DNA of 64,000 nt from Alloprevotella sp. (GTDB lineage: Bacteria > Bacteroidota > Bacteroidia > Bacteroidales > Bacteroidaceae), in NCBI GenBank assembly GCA_045630125.1, contig JAZQSL010000002.1, positions 160,914-224,913 on the forward strand. The letters are read 5' to 3'. Shown one piece after another: positions 31,196 to 41,265 of this stretch. A program made the position numbers and the translations under genes. Numbering within the stretch: the first letter of the stretch is position 1; the number at the start of each line of letters is the position of its first letter. Under the pieces are notes generated by a model that saw only the letters and a list, made by a program, of their open reading frames with translations, made no database searches and was not told where the DNA came from.

Positions 31196-33406
31196 ATGAA
31201 CGTTATTACAAAGACCGTCTCGTTGCCTGATGGACGCACCATCAGTATTGAGACTGGAAAACTTGCTAAGCAAGCTGATGGATCCGTAATGTTGCGTATG
31301 AACAACACCATGTTGCTCGCAACAGTTTGTGGGGCAAAAGATGCAAATCCCGGCACTGACTTCATGCCCCTTCAGTGCGACTACAAAGAAAAGTACTCTG
31401 CAGCAGGCCGCTTCCCCGGTGGTTTCACAAAGCGCGAAGGCCGTGCTTCAGATTATGAAATATTGACTTCACGTCTCGTGGACCGCGCTTTGCGTCCCCT
31501 CTTCCCCAGCGATTATCACGCTGAGGTGTACGTGAACATCACCCTCTTCTCTGCCGACGGCGTAGATATGCCCGACGCACTCGCTGGTTTCGCTGCAAGT
31601 GCTGCTTTGGCATGTTCAGATATCCCCTTTGACGGTCCTATCTCTGAAGTACGCGTGGCGCGCATCAACGGCGAATACGTAGTGAACCCTACATTCGAAC
31701 AATTGGAAGGCGCAGACATGGACCTCATGGTAGCTGCAACTATGGACAACATCATGATGGTGGAAGGCGAAATGAACGAAGTGCCCGAAAGCGCTTTGCT
31801 CGAAGCCCTCAAGGTGGCTCACGAAGCAATCAAGCCTATGTGCCAATTGCAAATCGACCTGATGAAGGAATTGGGTACTGACGTGAAGCGTGAATACTGC
31901 CACGAAGTGAACGACGAAGAATTGCGCGAACAAGTGAAGAAGGAATGCTATGACGCATGCTACGCTATCACTAAGCAAGGACTCGAAAAGCACGCACGTC
32001 TTGAAGCATTCGAAGCTGTACGCGAAAACTTCAAGGAAGCTTACGCTGCTGCTCACGCTGATATGGCTGCTGAAGAATTGGACGAAAAGAACGGTTTGAT
32101 CGACAAATACTACCATGACGTAGAAAAGGACGCTATGCGTCGTTGCATCCTGGACGAAGGTATTCGTCTCGATGGCCGTCAAACTACCGACATCCGTCCT
32201 ATCTGGTGCGAAGTATCACCTCTGCCCATCCCCCACGGTTCAAGTATCTTCACACGTGGTGAGACACAAAGCCTCTCAACCGCTACATTGGGTACAAAAT
32301 TGGACGAAAAGATGGTAGACGACGTATTGGACAAGAGCTACATGAAGTTCTTGTTGCACTACAACTTCCCTCCATTCTCTACAGGTGAAGCTCGTGCATC
32401 ACGCGGCGTAGGTCGTCGTGAAATTGGTCACGGTCACTTGGCATGGCGCGGTCTGAAGGGTCAAATCCCTGCAGACTTCCCCTACACAGTACGCGTGGTG
32501 AGCGATATCCTCGAATCAAACGGTTCGTCATCTATGGCAACAGTTTGTGCTGGTACTTTGGCGTTGATGGACGCTGGTGTGCCCATCGCAGCTCCCGTCA
32601 GCGGTATCGCAATGGGTCTGATCAAGAATCCAGGTGAAGACAAGTATGCAGTACTTTCAGACATCCTCGGCGACGAAGACCACTTGGGCGATATGGACTT
32701 CAAGACCACTGGTACATTGAAGGGCCTCACCGCTACACAAATGGACATCAAGTGCGATGGTCTCTCTTACGAAATCCTTGAAAAGGCTTTGGCACAAGCT
32801 AAGGCTGGTCGCGAACATATCCTGGGCGAAATGATGAAGACACTGAGCGAACCTCGCGCAGACTTCAAACCTCATGTACCACGCATTGAAGCTATGGAAA
32901 TTCCTAAGGAATTCATCGGTGCAGTGATTGGCCCTGGTGGTAAGATTATCCAAGGTATGCAGGAAGAAACTGGTGCTACTATCACTATCGACGAAGAAGA
33001 TGGTGTTGGTAAGATCCAAGTTTGCGGTGCAAACAAGGCTATCATCGATGCTGCTATCGCTAAGATCCGTGCTATCGTAGCTATCCCCGAAGTGGGCGAA
33101 GTGTACGATGCTAAGGTCGTAAGCATCATGCCTTACGGTTGCTTCGTTGAATTCATGCCAGGCAAGGAAGGTTTGCTCCACATCAGCGAAATCGCTTGGA
33201 AGCGCCTCGAATCAGTGGAAGAAGCTGGTCTGAAGGAAGGTGACACTATCAGCGTGAAGTTGCTCGAAATCGACGAAAAGACTGGTAAGTTCCGCCTCTC
33301 ACACAAAGTGCTCGAAGAAAAACCTGAAGGATGGGAAGACCGCCCAGCACGTCGTCCCCGTCGTGAAGGCGAAGGTCGTCCAGCACGTCGTGAAAACAAA
33401 GAGTAA
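31196..33406 (+). CDS. pnp: Polyribonucleotide nucleotidyltransferase
   Basis: [27 protein letters not shown] and DHLGDMDFK motifs; KH and S1 domains; likely start is the ATG at 31196. Confidence 0.98.
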   Translation: MNVITKTVSLPDGRTISIETGKLAKQADGSVMLRMNNTMLLATVCGAKDANPGTDFMPLQCDYKEKYSAAGRFPGGFTKREGRASDYEILTSRLVDRALRPLFPSDYHAEVYVNITLFSADGVDMPDALAGFAASAALACSDIPFDGPISEVRVARINGEYVVNPTFEQLEGADMDLMVAATMDNIMMVEGEMNEVPESALLEALKVAHEAIKPMCQLQIDLMKELGTDVKREYCHEVNDEELREQVKKECYDACYAITKQGLEKHARLEAFEAVRENFKEAYAAAHADMAAEELDEKNGLIDKYYHDVEKDAMRRCILDEGIRLDGRQTTDIRPIWCEVSPLPIPHGSSIFTRGETQSLSTATLGTKLDEKMVDDVLDKSYMKFLLHYNFPPFSTGEARASRGVGRREIGHGHLAWRGLKGQIPADFPYTVRVVSDILESNGSSSMATVCAGTLALMDAGVPIAAPVSGIAMGLIKNPGEDKYAVLSDILGDEDHLGDMDFKTTGTLKGLTATQMDIKCDGLSYEILEKALAQAKAGREHILGEMMKTLSEPRADFKPHVPRIEAMEIPKEFIGAVIGPGGKIIQGMQEETGATITIDEEDGVGKIQVCGANKAIIDAAIAKIRAIVAIPEVGEVYDAKVVSIMPYGCFVEFMPGKEGLLHISEIAWKRLESVEEAGLKEGDTISVKLLEIDEKTGKFRLSHKVLEEKPEGWEDRPARRPRREGEGRPARRENKE

Positions 33407-33429
33407 TTAGGTCTAACCTAGATATATTT

Positions 33430-33471
33430 AAAAGGTCTTGAAGGCGAAGTGAATTCCCTTCAAGACCTTTT
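33430..33471 (+). terminator. Intrinsic terminator after pnp
   Basis: aaaaggtcttgaagg...ccttcaagacctttt, a perfect 15-bp stem. Confidence 0.88.
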
Positions 33472-33603
33472 CTCGTAAGTAATTGTGATGCCCAAAAAAC
33501 CTGAAATGAATATTGAAATCATTGATAAAAGTAGGTTGATTGCGTAAATCTTATACCGAACTCACGTATTTCTAAAATGAAAAATCCAGAGCAGAAAAAG
33601 GAG

Positions 33604-33706
33604 AAAAAAGTAAGACCTTGTGAAAATTTCGCGACGTCTTGTGCAAAAAACATTAGACCTTTTTTCAACAAGGTCTTGACTTTTTCAAACAAGGTCTAAT
33701 GTTGTC
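33604..33706. repeat. 21-bp-module array, copy 6 (A-B-A-A-A)
   Basis: Cores taagacc / aaaatttcgcgacgtcttgtg / cattagacc / ggtcttgac / ggtctaatg. Confidence 0.88.
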
Positions 33707-33772
33707 GCTACGACTCAAATTATCCGACACACACCGTTTGTCAAAATTTTTCGTTTTTTTTAAAACAGAAAA

Positions 33773-35089
33773 TTAGTTCTGTATAGCAGTCAGAATTCCA
33801 TTATCAAAGTACAAATAACTGCCCCAATATACCCATTGTTCATAAACAAATCCTTTGAGAATTGTTGAGTTAATGTAATTAGGCTCCCCCCAAGCTTCTA
33901 TACACATTTCTTTGGTCATATTTAGACACACACGTCCTTCGCTAATCAATTTGCCATACCTACTCCCATATTTTTTTATGATGCGTTTGCTACGCTCTAT
34001 ACGAGCTTGCTCTGCCAAACGCAGTCTTTCCTCCTCCTTAATTCTTTGCTCTTCCTCAGAGTTTTTCCTTTCCGCTATAATATTATCATATTCTCTTTCT
34101 AATATAAATCGATTACGATATTTTCTATCTTTAGGGGTAAAGACACCATAACATTCTTCTGTAAAAGAACTAAACGGAATTTTTACTTTAGCACCATCCC
34201 TTTCCAACAAGAAGAACGGCTTAACCAGCTCATGGTCTTTTGAATGTACAAATGTAACATCACAACAATGCCATTTTTCTTCAGGCTTAATATTTACAAG
34301 TGAGCCATTATTAATATCAACAAGCTCATCCAAACCAGTTGTTGATATAACATCCTGACCTTTATATAGTTTTTGCATTTTTTCAAAATAAGGTACTAAG
34401 AAAAATTTACTTCTATTTAATTCATTATCTCTACAAATCCAATATAATTCCTCTCCAGAAGTCTCATTCTTTAATGTAAACCGCAAATAATATTTACTGT
34501 CGGATTTACTCTCCCAATCTTCCAAAGCAATGAAAAGTCCTTTTTTTGCATCAATATATTCTGCAATTTCGATATTAAGAATTGTAAAGTATGTATTCTG
34601 AATAGAATCGTATGGCGTGTAAATATTATGACCTTTCTTGTCTTCTACTGCTTTGTATATAGAAGTTTTTACGACAAAACCCTTCTCGTATTTTTCTTTC
34701 ATCTTCTGATATGAAACCAGAGCATTCCCCTCTAAACTGCTTACATCACCAAAAACTACAGCCAAGTCAGATTTTTCAAACGGTACATGTTTTTTAACAA
34801 TTTCACGAATAGACTTTGACTTCAAGTAGGAAGTAAAGCTATTGAAACCGAACATTTCTGACACATCTTTCGTATATTTATTTGAAAGTAAAGGACAATA
34901 CAACTTATATCCAATGTATTTTTTGTATTGAATACAGTTTTCTTGAATAGATATATTAGAAAGACTATCAAAGGGCTCTGGTTTAATCACATTTTTTTCT
35001 TGAACTTCTTCATCCAAAATTGTAATTTGAGCTTTAACAAAAACACTCCACAAACATAAACAACCTGTTAGTAAAAAAAATTTATTCAT
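33773..35089 (-). CDS. AT-rich hypothetical exported protein with a C-terminal BamE/SmpA-like small domain
   Basis: 438-aa ORF with signal peptide and coiled coil, ending MTKEMCIEAWGEP...EQWVY...YLYFDNGILTAIQN; markedly more AT-rich than its neighbours. Confidence 0.75.
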   Translation of the reverse strand: MNKFFLLTGCLCLWSVFVKAQITILDEEVQEKNVIKPEPFDSLSNISIQENCIQYKKYIGYKLYCPLLSNKYTKDVSEMFGFNSFTSYLKSKSIREIVKKHVPFEKSDLAVVFGDVSSLEGNALVSYQKMKEKYEKGFVVKTSIYKAVEDKKGHNIYTPYDSIQNTYFTILNIEIAEYIDAKKGLFIALEDWESKSDSKYYLRFTLKNETSGEELYWICRDNELNRSKFFLVPYFEKMQKLYKGQDVISTTGLDELVDINNGSLVNIKPEEKWHCCDVTFVHSKDHELVKPFFLLERDGAKVKIPFSSFTEECYGVFTPKDRKYRNRFILEREYDNIIAERKNSEEEQRIKEEERLRLAEQARIERSKRIIKKYGSRYGKLISEGRVCLNMTKEMCIEAWGEPNYINSTILKGFVYEQWVYWGSYLYFDNGILTAIQN

Positions 35090-35330
35090 AAAAAAATGCG
35101 AATAAAACTATAATAGTAGTTCAACTGACATAAAATTGCTGCAAATAAACTCATTATATTTTATTTAACCAAATATTTACATTAAAAGTTTATGATAGGT
35201 AAAGCAGTTAACGCAATTAATTTGCGATAAAAGACAACACTCCTATTAATGGGACAAACTAAGCAACATTGCCTTAGTTTCTCCACTTTGCAGTCCTATA
35301 AATATAAATACTTTTCAAAAATCACCCTTC

Positions 35331-35366
35331 AAAAAAGATTGGAGCACCCAGGGGCACTCCAATCCT
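35331..35366 (-). terminator. Intrinsic terminator
   Basis: gattggag...ctccaatc stem with an A-run on the left. Confidence 0.7.
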
Positions 35367-35401
35367 AATTATATTCTAACGACACTGGGTCGTAAGTTCA
35401 A

Positions 35402-35527
35402 TTATTGAGCAGTCACTTCAATTGCATATTCGTGGAAGTGACGAACGCTCTTGAGCAAGCGGCGCAATTCGACGATGATTCTCTCTGTTTCCTGCAAGAT
35501 GTCAAGAAGAGAGTAGCGCCCCTCCTC
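35402..35527 (-). pseudogene. Startless 3' gene fragment (about 40 codons)
   Basis: Reads EEGRYSLLDILQETERIIVELRRLLKSVRHFHEYAIEVTAQ* with native-like codons and is followed by a terminator; no ATG start. Confidence 0.45.
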
Positions 35528-38500
35528 TATTTTATATATACCTTGCGACCATCGATGATGTAGATGCCACGAGTAGGATGTGCTACTTGGCGTCCGCTAA
35601 GGTCATAAACTTTCCCGTCGCATTTTGCAGATACACTTTCTATTGCTGTGGGCACTGTAGCTTCGATGCGAAAGAGGTTGCTGTAGTTGCTGGCATAACC
35701 TACTCCGCTAGACCAAGCATCGAATACGCCTGATGAAAGCAAAATCAATGTGCCATCAGTAGTACCATTGGCGCGTTTGCTGGTAATGTAGTAGGTGCCT
35801 GGTACGGTGCCGCTAGCATCGTTGATGCTCCAATCGCAATAGGTGGCGTTGTAGGTAGACAATGTACCAGCATTGTTGTTGTAACCATAATTATTGCCTG
35901 CACGCCAAATCATATACGAGTTTGAAGCTTCGTTGTAGAGGCTGTACTTGCCACTATTTTCTTTTTTGCAAACAAACTTTGCTGCATCGCCCAAGTATTC
36001 TACTGGATCATTGCTGATAGAGAGCACGTTTTGGTCATTGATATAAAGCGCATACTCTTTGCCATTTTGTTGTACATTGGTAAATGTTACCACCTTGCCA
36101 TCCCAAGGGTCTGCCAAAGGTTCGCCTGCCAATACGCCATAAACCTTGTCTACTTCTGCAGTTGTGGGGTTGTCTGACAATGCTACGACGGCTTTCTTCG
36201 CATCTGCCTTTGTTGCTGCTGATACACTCGAAGCATCAATCATCGCATTGAGGTAATTCTGGACAAATGCCCCACGAGATACATTGCGATTGACCACGTA
36301 TGTGCCGCCTGTGATATAGTCGAGGTCGTATGCTACGTAGATGTTGTCAAAACCGTCAAAGTTGTGTTGACCTTCACCATTAGGGAAACTTGTTGATACA
36401 GGGTTATTACGCTTGCCCCAGCCAGTCAATGTCTCTTCGTAGATAAAACCGATGCGGTCGTCTGCTTGCAAGTCGAGTGAGCTATAAGCCGAAGATGTGT
36501 TGCTGACTTGATAGAAACCATTCCAGTCGGTAGAGAAATTGGCTACCGAGTTCATGTCGGTGTAGTCTGTCAATTCCTTGTAGTAGATACCTACGTTGGT
36601 ACGACCGCTACCAGTGGGCAGTGATTGCAAAGCGAGATACATATCCTTGTTGTCAGTAGTTCTCTTGACAGGTACGATCAAGATTTCGCCGTTTGTGGAG
36701 TTGCCACCAGGAGTGAGACCAGAACCAGCGAAAGTACATTTTACGTCGGTAGACCAAGCGCCCTCGCCAGCCAATGTATTAGTGTAGGTATATATATTAT
36801 AAATACGTCCACCACCTACGCGGCTTGACAGGATCACGCGGCCGTCTGGCATTTCTTCACATTTGGGTTCATCACCACCAGGAGCGGGCAAAGCAGATGC
36901 ACCGCCCAATGCGTGCCATGTACGACCGAAGTCGTCAGAATAAATCACACGGTTGCCGTTTGGACGAGCACACATTGCTGCATAGAGACGATAGTATTTG
37001 TCTTTCTTGACAATGCGGCTTTGGAATATCTTACCACCGCCAACGAATGCAGCTTGCATAGGGTTGCCTGCGTCGAAGAGGCTGTAAATGTCTTCAGTCA
37101 CATTGACAGGCTTCTCCCAAGTATTACCATTATCCTTGCTGTGGATGGTTGCAATCATATTGGGATTTTGGCGAGTCGTATTGCCATTGCCATATACCGT
37201 ACATCCTGCCACAGCGATGATCAGTACTTCATTGCTAGTCCTGTCGGCAACAATAGCAGGATCACCAAAGGCTGTATCAAAATAGTTGACAGTAGCAGAA
37301 GTTTTTCCGTTGCCCACTGCCACATCGATCATATTGCTCCAGGTGGTACCATGGTCATCGCTTGTGCGACATACGATATCCACCTGTCCATATCCAGGGT
37401 CGGTACCACATACCAAGCGTGCTGCAGCAGTAATCAAGCGGCCGTTGCTGGCTGTTGTGATGCCGGGGATACGATAGGGGGGGACGACCCCATCTCCCTT
37501 ACTCGTGTTGTAGAGATCTTGCTTTTGAGCAGGAGTTTTGATAGTTACATTACTCACTTTAATCGTTGTGCCTTCCACCTTTACATCAGCAGATCTCACG
37601 ATATTTCCCACGATTCCCACAGAAAGAGAAACTGTAGAGATATCTGTATCGGTAATGAAGAACCCTCCATTAAATGCCGTTTCAGATATACCGCCATTCT
37701 TATAGGTTACGTAGACGTCTTTGCCGCCATCAATCTTTACTTCATAAACCTTTTTATCATCCACATTAACTTCTTCAAAGCGCCACAGATTGTCATCGGC
37801 TGTTGCTCCACCGTCTGTCCATGTAGTCACGAAATCTACTCCTGAGAGTTTAAAGTTGCTACCACCATTGGTACAGTTGATGGCTTCGGTGAAGTAGTAG
37901 TAGCGATGCTCGCCAACGTCAGAGGTAGAACCTACTGTCAGTTCATTAAAGGTTCCCACCACAGAACCGCCATAGCTGGCGCCAGCCACAAGTGCATTGC
38001 CATCGCCATTTTTCACTCCCAGCTTGTTGCCATCCTTCACGGTGATGTGCCAAATACCATTGTTTGTATTTACCATTTGGTTGGATTGGAGTGTGAAGCG
38101 CATACTATTGCCGCTCAACAACGCATCATTATAAAGGTGCTCCGTACGGTTTGTGGCTTTACTTACCAAGTGATAATAGCCAGTCTTTACATCCTTGGGT
38201 TCGGGAATTTCTACCTCCAGACCATTGAGGAAATTCTCAAGGTCATTAACCATTGGGGCGCAATCTTCGCCCACTACAGCATGACCTTCGAAACGCTTCA
38301 GGAGTGCATTCAACTTTTTCAATTGCTCAGGATTATTCTTGTATTCCTCCTTGAGAATTTGCACCTTTTCGTATTGATGAATACCTTCGATCAATCTTTC
38401 GAAGCGTACACTGGAGCGATTGCCAGGATAGTAGCAATAGGTGTCGCCCGAACCAAACTTGCGGAAACGGCTATCTGTCAGTGGATGCTCGTCCCAGTTG

Positions 38501-40545
38501 ATCCATGCCCAATGCAAATAGCCACTCAAATCATTGGCTGCCGCATAAAGAGGTAGGAATGTCGCTTCAGCAGGGAAGGAGTTGGTGTAGATATTAGGCT
38601 CAACATCGGCACAACTGGTATAGATGGTTGTCACACGATTTTTGGCTTTGCGGTCTGCACGTTGAGCTGCTGTAAACTGCTTATCTTGTCCCAAAGCCAC
38701 GCAGAAGTCTTGCAATTTGTCACTCAATGAAGAATGGTAATTGCCCGCCAATGCCATGTTGAAGCCATGCGCTTTGGCTATGTTGTAAGCATTCAGCATA
38801 TCTGCTTCTGCGCGTTCATCCATCGCGATATTAGTTTTTTCGAACCATCCCTTTTCTTGCAGGTGAACCTTAAACGCCGCCAGGAAATTGTTCCACAAAT
38901 CTTTATATTCAGATGAAGATGTTGTCGTCTTGATAAACTTGAACTGTGCCGTAGCTTCGTCCCAGTATCTGAAATTCATATCCCAGGGAACCATGCTGAA
39001 ACAGTTGATTTGTTTGTCTATACCATACTCAGCACAAAGTTCAACGTACTTGTCGAAGATGGTGTAGTCATAAGCCCATGTACCATTAGCCTTCTTGGTA
39101 GTTTGTACCATAGGATCAAAAAGGTCGTGAGTCTGCTCGCCCCAAGGTTCGTAGAACATAATGGCACTCACTGTGCGTTGTCCGGCACGACCCAAAGCTG
39201 CAAGATATGGGCGCAAAGCCTCAATGTGCTCGTTGCTCCAACGTTCCACTTGGTAGTAACGGCTTACGGAATAAGGTTGTTGCCAAAAGTCGAGATGGAA
39301 CTTTTGATCCTTTACTTCGGGCAGTTGATGATCGTTTACACATATGTCGAGGGGAAGCGTTCTGACTACTTGCCCTTGCTCGTCTACAACCTCTAATGCT
39401 GTGTTGTAGACGCCTGCCTGTATTCCGCGAGGAACTTCGATAGTACACCAGACGGGGCGTGTCTCCATAGCTGGTACGGCGTGAGCTTTGTCTTGGTCGA
39501 TGACGTCTGCGACGAGCCATTTTTGCAAGCCTGTGGGGTGATAGCCGCAAGCTTTGTAGTCGTCGGTGATGACATAATTCACGAAACGAGCATCGCCAGC
39601 ATTGATGCCAGTAGTCGCTCCGTCCTTTTTCCACTCAGTCATACGTACACGCAACATACCTTGGTCACTCTTGCTGAACAGTACTGCTTGGATGTTGGCA
39701 CGTTCGCCTTGCCAAGCATATATCTTGGCGGTATTCTTGATAGCATGATCAGGTACTTCGTGCAAGCTGTAGAATCCATCGCGCGAACCCCAACTTGCTT
39801 GCAAACCTTCTGCCAGTTGGTTCCATGAAACTGTATTTGGCGTAGTGCCTACGCGAGGTTCCTTGTAGTCATTGATCGGATATTTTTCTTCTTCAACTCC
39901 TTCAGCAGCCTTGCCAGTTACCTTCAGCATAACATCGATGATGGCACCGCCATCGCTCAGGAACTTGTTGCCAGAACCTGCAGGGTCGATGCTGTTCCAC
40001 TCAACCTTGTAGCGCATGCGATAACTTGTACCGATCTCAGCATCAGCTGGTACCTTGAAACTTCCAGGGGTCAAAACATTACCCGACGACAAGTAAACGC
40101 CGTCGCTGTTCCACCCACTATCGCCATCGCCATCCTTACTGTAGAGCGACCAACACATCAATTCGTTGCCAGCACCTTGGGTGTAAGGGCCAGCACCCTC
40201 GATGTTCACATCGAACTGCTTGTTTTGGTTCCAGTCTACATATACGTAGCCGTGCATCCACTCGCCGTTGATAGAAATGTTGGGTGTGACCACTTCGCCA
40301 GCCAAGACTTCAAATGTGGTAGATGTCTTGTCGAAGTAGGCTTGACAACGCGGAGCCGAAGCAATGTTCTGTAGCACTTGTTCTGGAGATTGACTACCCT
40401 CTATGCTCACCGCTTTGGGGTAGTGTGTCGCATGACTAACGTTGACGTTAGCTCCATGCGCTACATAGTAGTCGGATTGCGCATAAGCACCTGTGCTGAA
40501 CAATGTGCTGAATAGCGCAAGAAGAGAAATGATTTTGTTTCTCAT
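35527..40545 (-). CDS. Secreted multidomain glycosidase: GEVED-like domain + GH123/DUF4091-like hexosaminidase + GH33 sialidase + T9SS-type tail
   Basis: Signal peptide MRNKIIS (start 40545); YVYVDWNQNKQF; FHLDFWQQPY, IAMDER and SSVRFERLIEGI; YRIP plus Asp-boxes SDDHGTTW, SKDNGNTW and SDDFGRTW; tail VYDLSGRQV...GIYIIDGRKVYIK. Confidence 0.85.
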   Translation of the reverse strand: MRNKIISLLALFSTLFSTGAYAQSDYYVAHGANVNVSHATHYPKAVSIEGSQSPEQVLQNIASAPRCQAYFDKTSTTFEVLAGEVVTPNISINGEWMHGYVYVDWNQNKQFDVNIEGAGPYTQGAGNELMCWSLYSKDGDGDSGWNSDGVYLSSGNVLTPGSFKVPADAEIGTSYRMRYKVEWNSIDPAGSGNKFLSDGGAIIDVMLKVTGKAAEGVEEEKYPINDYKEPRVGTTPNTVSWNQLAEGLQASWGSRDGFYSLHEVPDHAIKNTAKIYAWQGERANIQAVLFSKSDQGMLRVRMTEWKKDGATTGINAGDARFVNYVITDDYKACGYHPTGLQKWLVADVIDQDKAHAVPAMETRPVWCTIEVPRGIQAGVYNTALEVVDEQGQVVRTLPLDICVNDHQLPEVKDQKFHLDFWQQPYSVSRYYQVERWSNEHIEALRPYLAALGRAGQRTVSAIMFYEPWGEQTHDLFDPMVQTTKKANGTWAYDYTIFDKYVELCAEYGIDKQINCFSMVPWDMNFRYWDEATAQFKFIKTTTSSSEYKDLWNNFLAAFKVHLQEKGWFEKTNIAMDERAEADMLNAYNIAKAHGFNMALAGNYHSSLSDKLQDFCVALGQDKQFTAAQRADRKAKNRVTTIYTSCADVEPNIYTNSFPAEATFLPLYAAANDLSGYLHWAWINWDEHPLTDSRFRKFGSGDTYCYYPGNRSSVRFERLIEGIHQYEKVQILKEEYKNNPEQLKKLNALLKRFEGHAVVGEDCAPMVNDLENFLNGLEVEIPEPKDVKTGYYHLVSKATNRTEHLYNDALLSGNSMRFTLQSNQMVNTNNGIWHITVKDGNKLGVKNGDGNALVAGASYGGSVVGTFNELTVGSTSDVGEHRYYYFTEAINCTNGGSNFKLSGVDFVTTWTDGGATADDNLWRFEEVNVDDKKVYEVKIDGGKDVYVTYKNGGISETAFNGGFFITDTDISTVSLSVGIVGNIVRSADVKVEGTTIKVSNVTIKTPAQKQDLYNTSKGDGVVPPYRIPGITTASNGRLITAAARLVCGTDPGYGQVDIVCRTSDDHGTTWSNMIDVAVGNGKTSATVNYFDTAFGDPAIVADRTSNEVLIIAVAGCTVYGNGNTTRQNPNMIATIHSKDNGNTWEKPVNVTEDIYSLFDAGNPMQAAFVGGGKIFQSRIVKKDKYYRLYAAMCARPNGNRVIYSDDFGRTWHALGGASALPAPGGDEPKCEEMPDGRVILSSRVGGGRIYNIYTYTNTLAGEGAWSTDVKCTFAGSGLTPGGNSTNGEILIVPVKRTTDNKDMYLALQSLPTGSGRTNVGIYYKELTDYTDMNSVANFSTDWNGFYQVSNTSSAYSSLDLQADDRIGFIYEETLTGWGKRNNPVSTSFPNGEGQHNFDGFDNIYVAYDLDYITGGTYVVNRNVSRGAFVQNYLNAMIDASSVSAATKADAKKAVVALSDNPTTAEVDKVYGVLAGEPLADPWDGKVVTFTNVQQNGKEYALYINDQNVLSISNDPVEYLGDAAKFVCKKENSGKYSLYNEASNSYMIWRAGNNYGYNNNAGTLSTYNATYCDWSINDASGTVPGTYYITSKRANGTTDGTLILLSSGVFDAWSSGVGYASNYSNLFRIEATVPTAIESVSAKCDGKVYDLSGRQVAHPTRGIYIIDGRKVYIK

Positions 40546-41265
40546 AAGTATGAATTTAAGTTGAATATATTCTTGTATGGCAACAAATTTACCATAAAAA
40601 ATGTTTTTCTGCAAATTTTTTAAGGCGTTTTTGTAGATTACCCCCCCCTAAGGAACTGCTAATCAGAGGAGTAGAGAAGAATGTTGTGAGCCGCGACTAT
40701 GGCTTTCACTCTATGAAGGTAAAGTCCTGTCAGCATGTGTAGAGTAACCTGAATGCATGGTAATATCTATTCCAAGGTTATGGCACAAGAAAAGGATATC
40801 TCGTGTTGAGACATCTCCTCCTGTTTGTATATGTATATTTATATGTATGTCTGTGAGGCGTAGCTGCTGTGAAAGTCTTTTCATTTGTTGCCAAATAGGT
40901 TTATGACTTGTTAGGAGTAGTCCACATTTTTAGTAGGCTACGAAAAAATAAAAAAACTTTCTGTTGTTGAAACCGCCTGTAGATAAACGGTGAGTAGGGT
41001 GTTTTTGAAATGTTAAAAAAATCTATCTACATCAATTAAGATGAAGACGCCCTGGTATATGTATTATCTTTGCACTTGAAATGAGAAGGCCGACATGTCA
41101 GATTGAAAAGTCAATCATTGTCTGCATACTCCTTTCGCGCTCTTTGACTTGTTGTAAACAGATTTTAATTTGGACCGTTGGATGGTTGGTCAGTCTAGGC
41201 AGATATTAGACTTATATAATATTCGTATGGAATAGTATTGCTGCTTGTGCCTCAATGCATACGTC

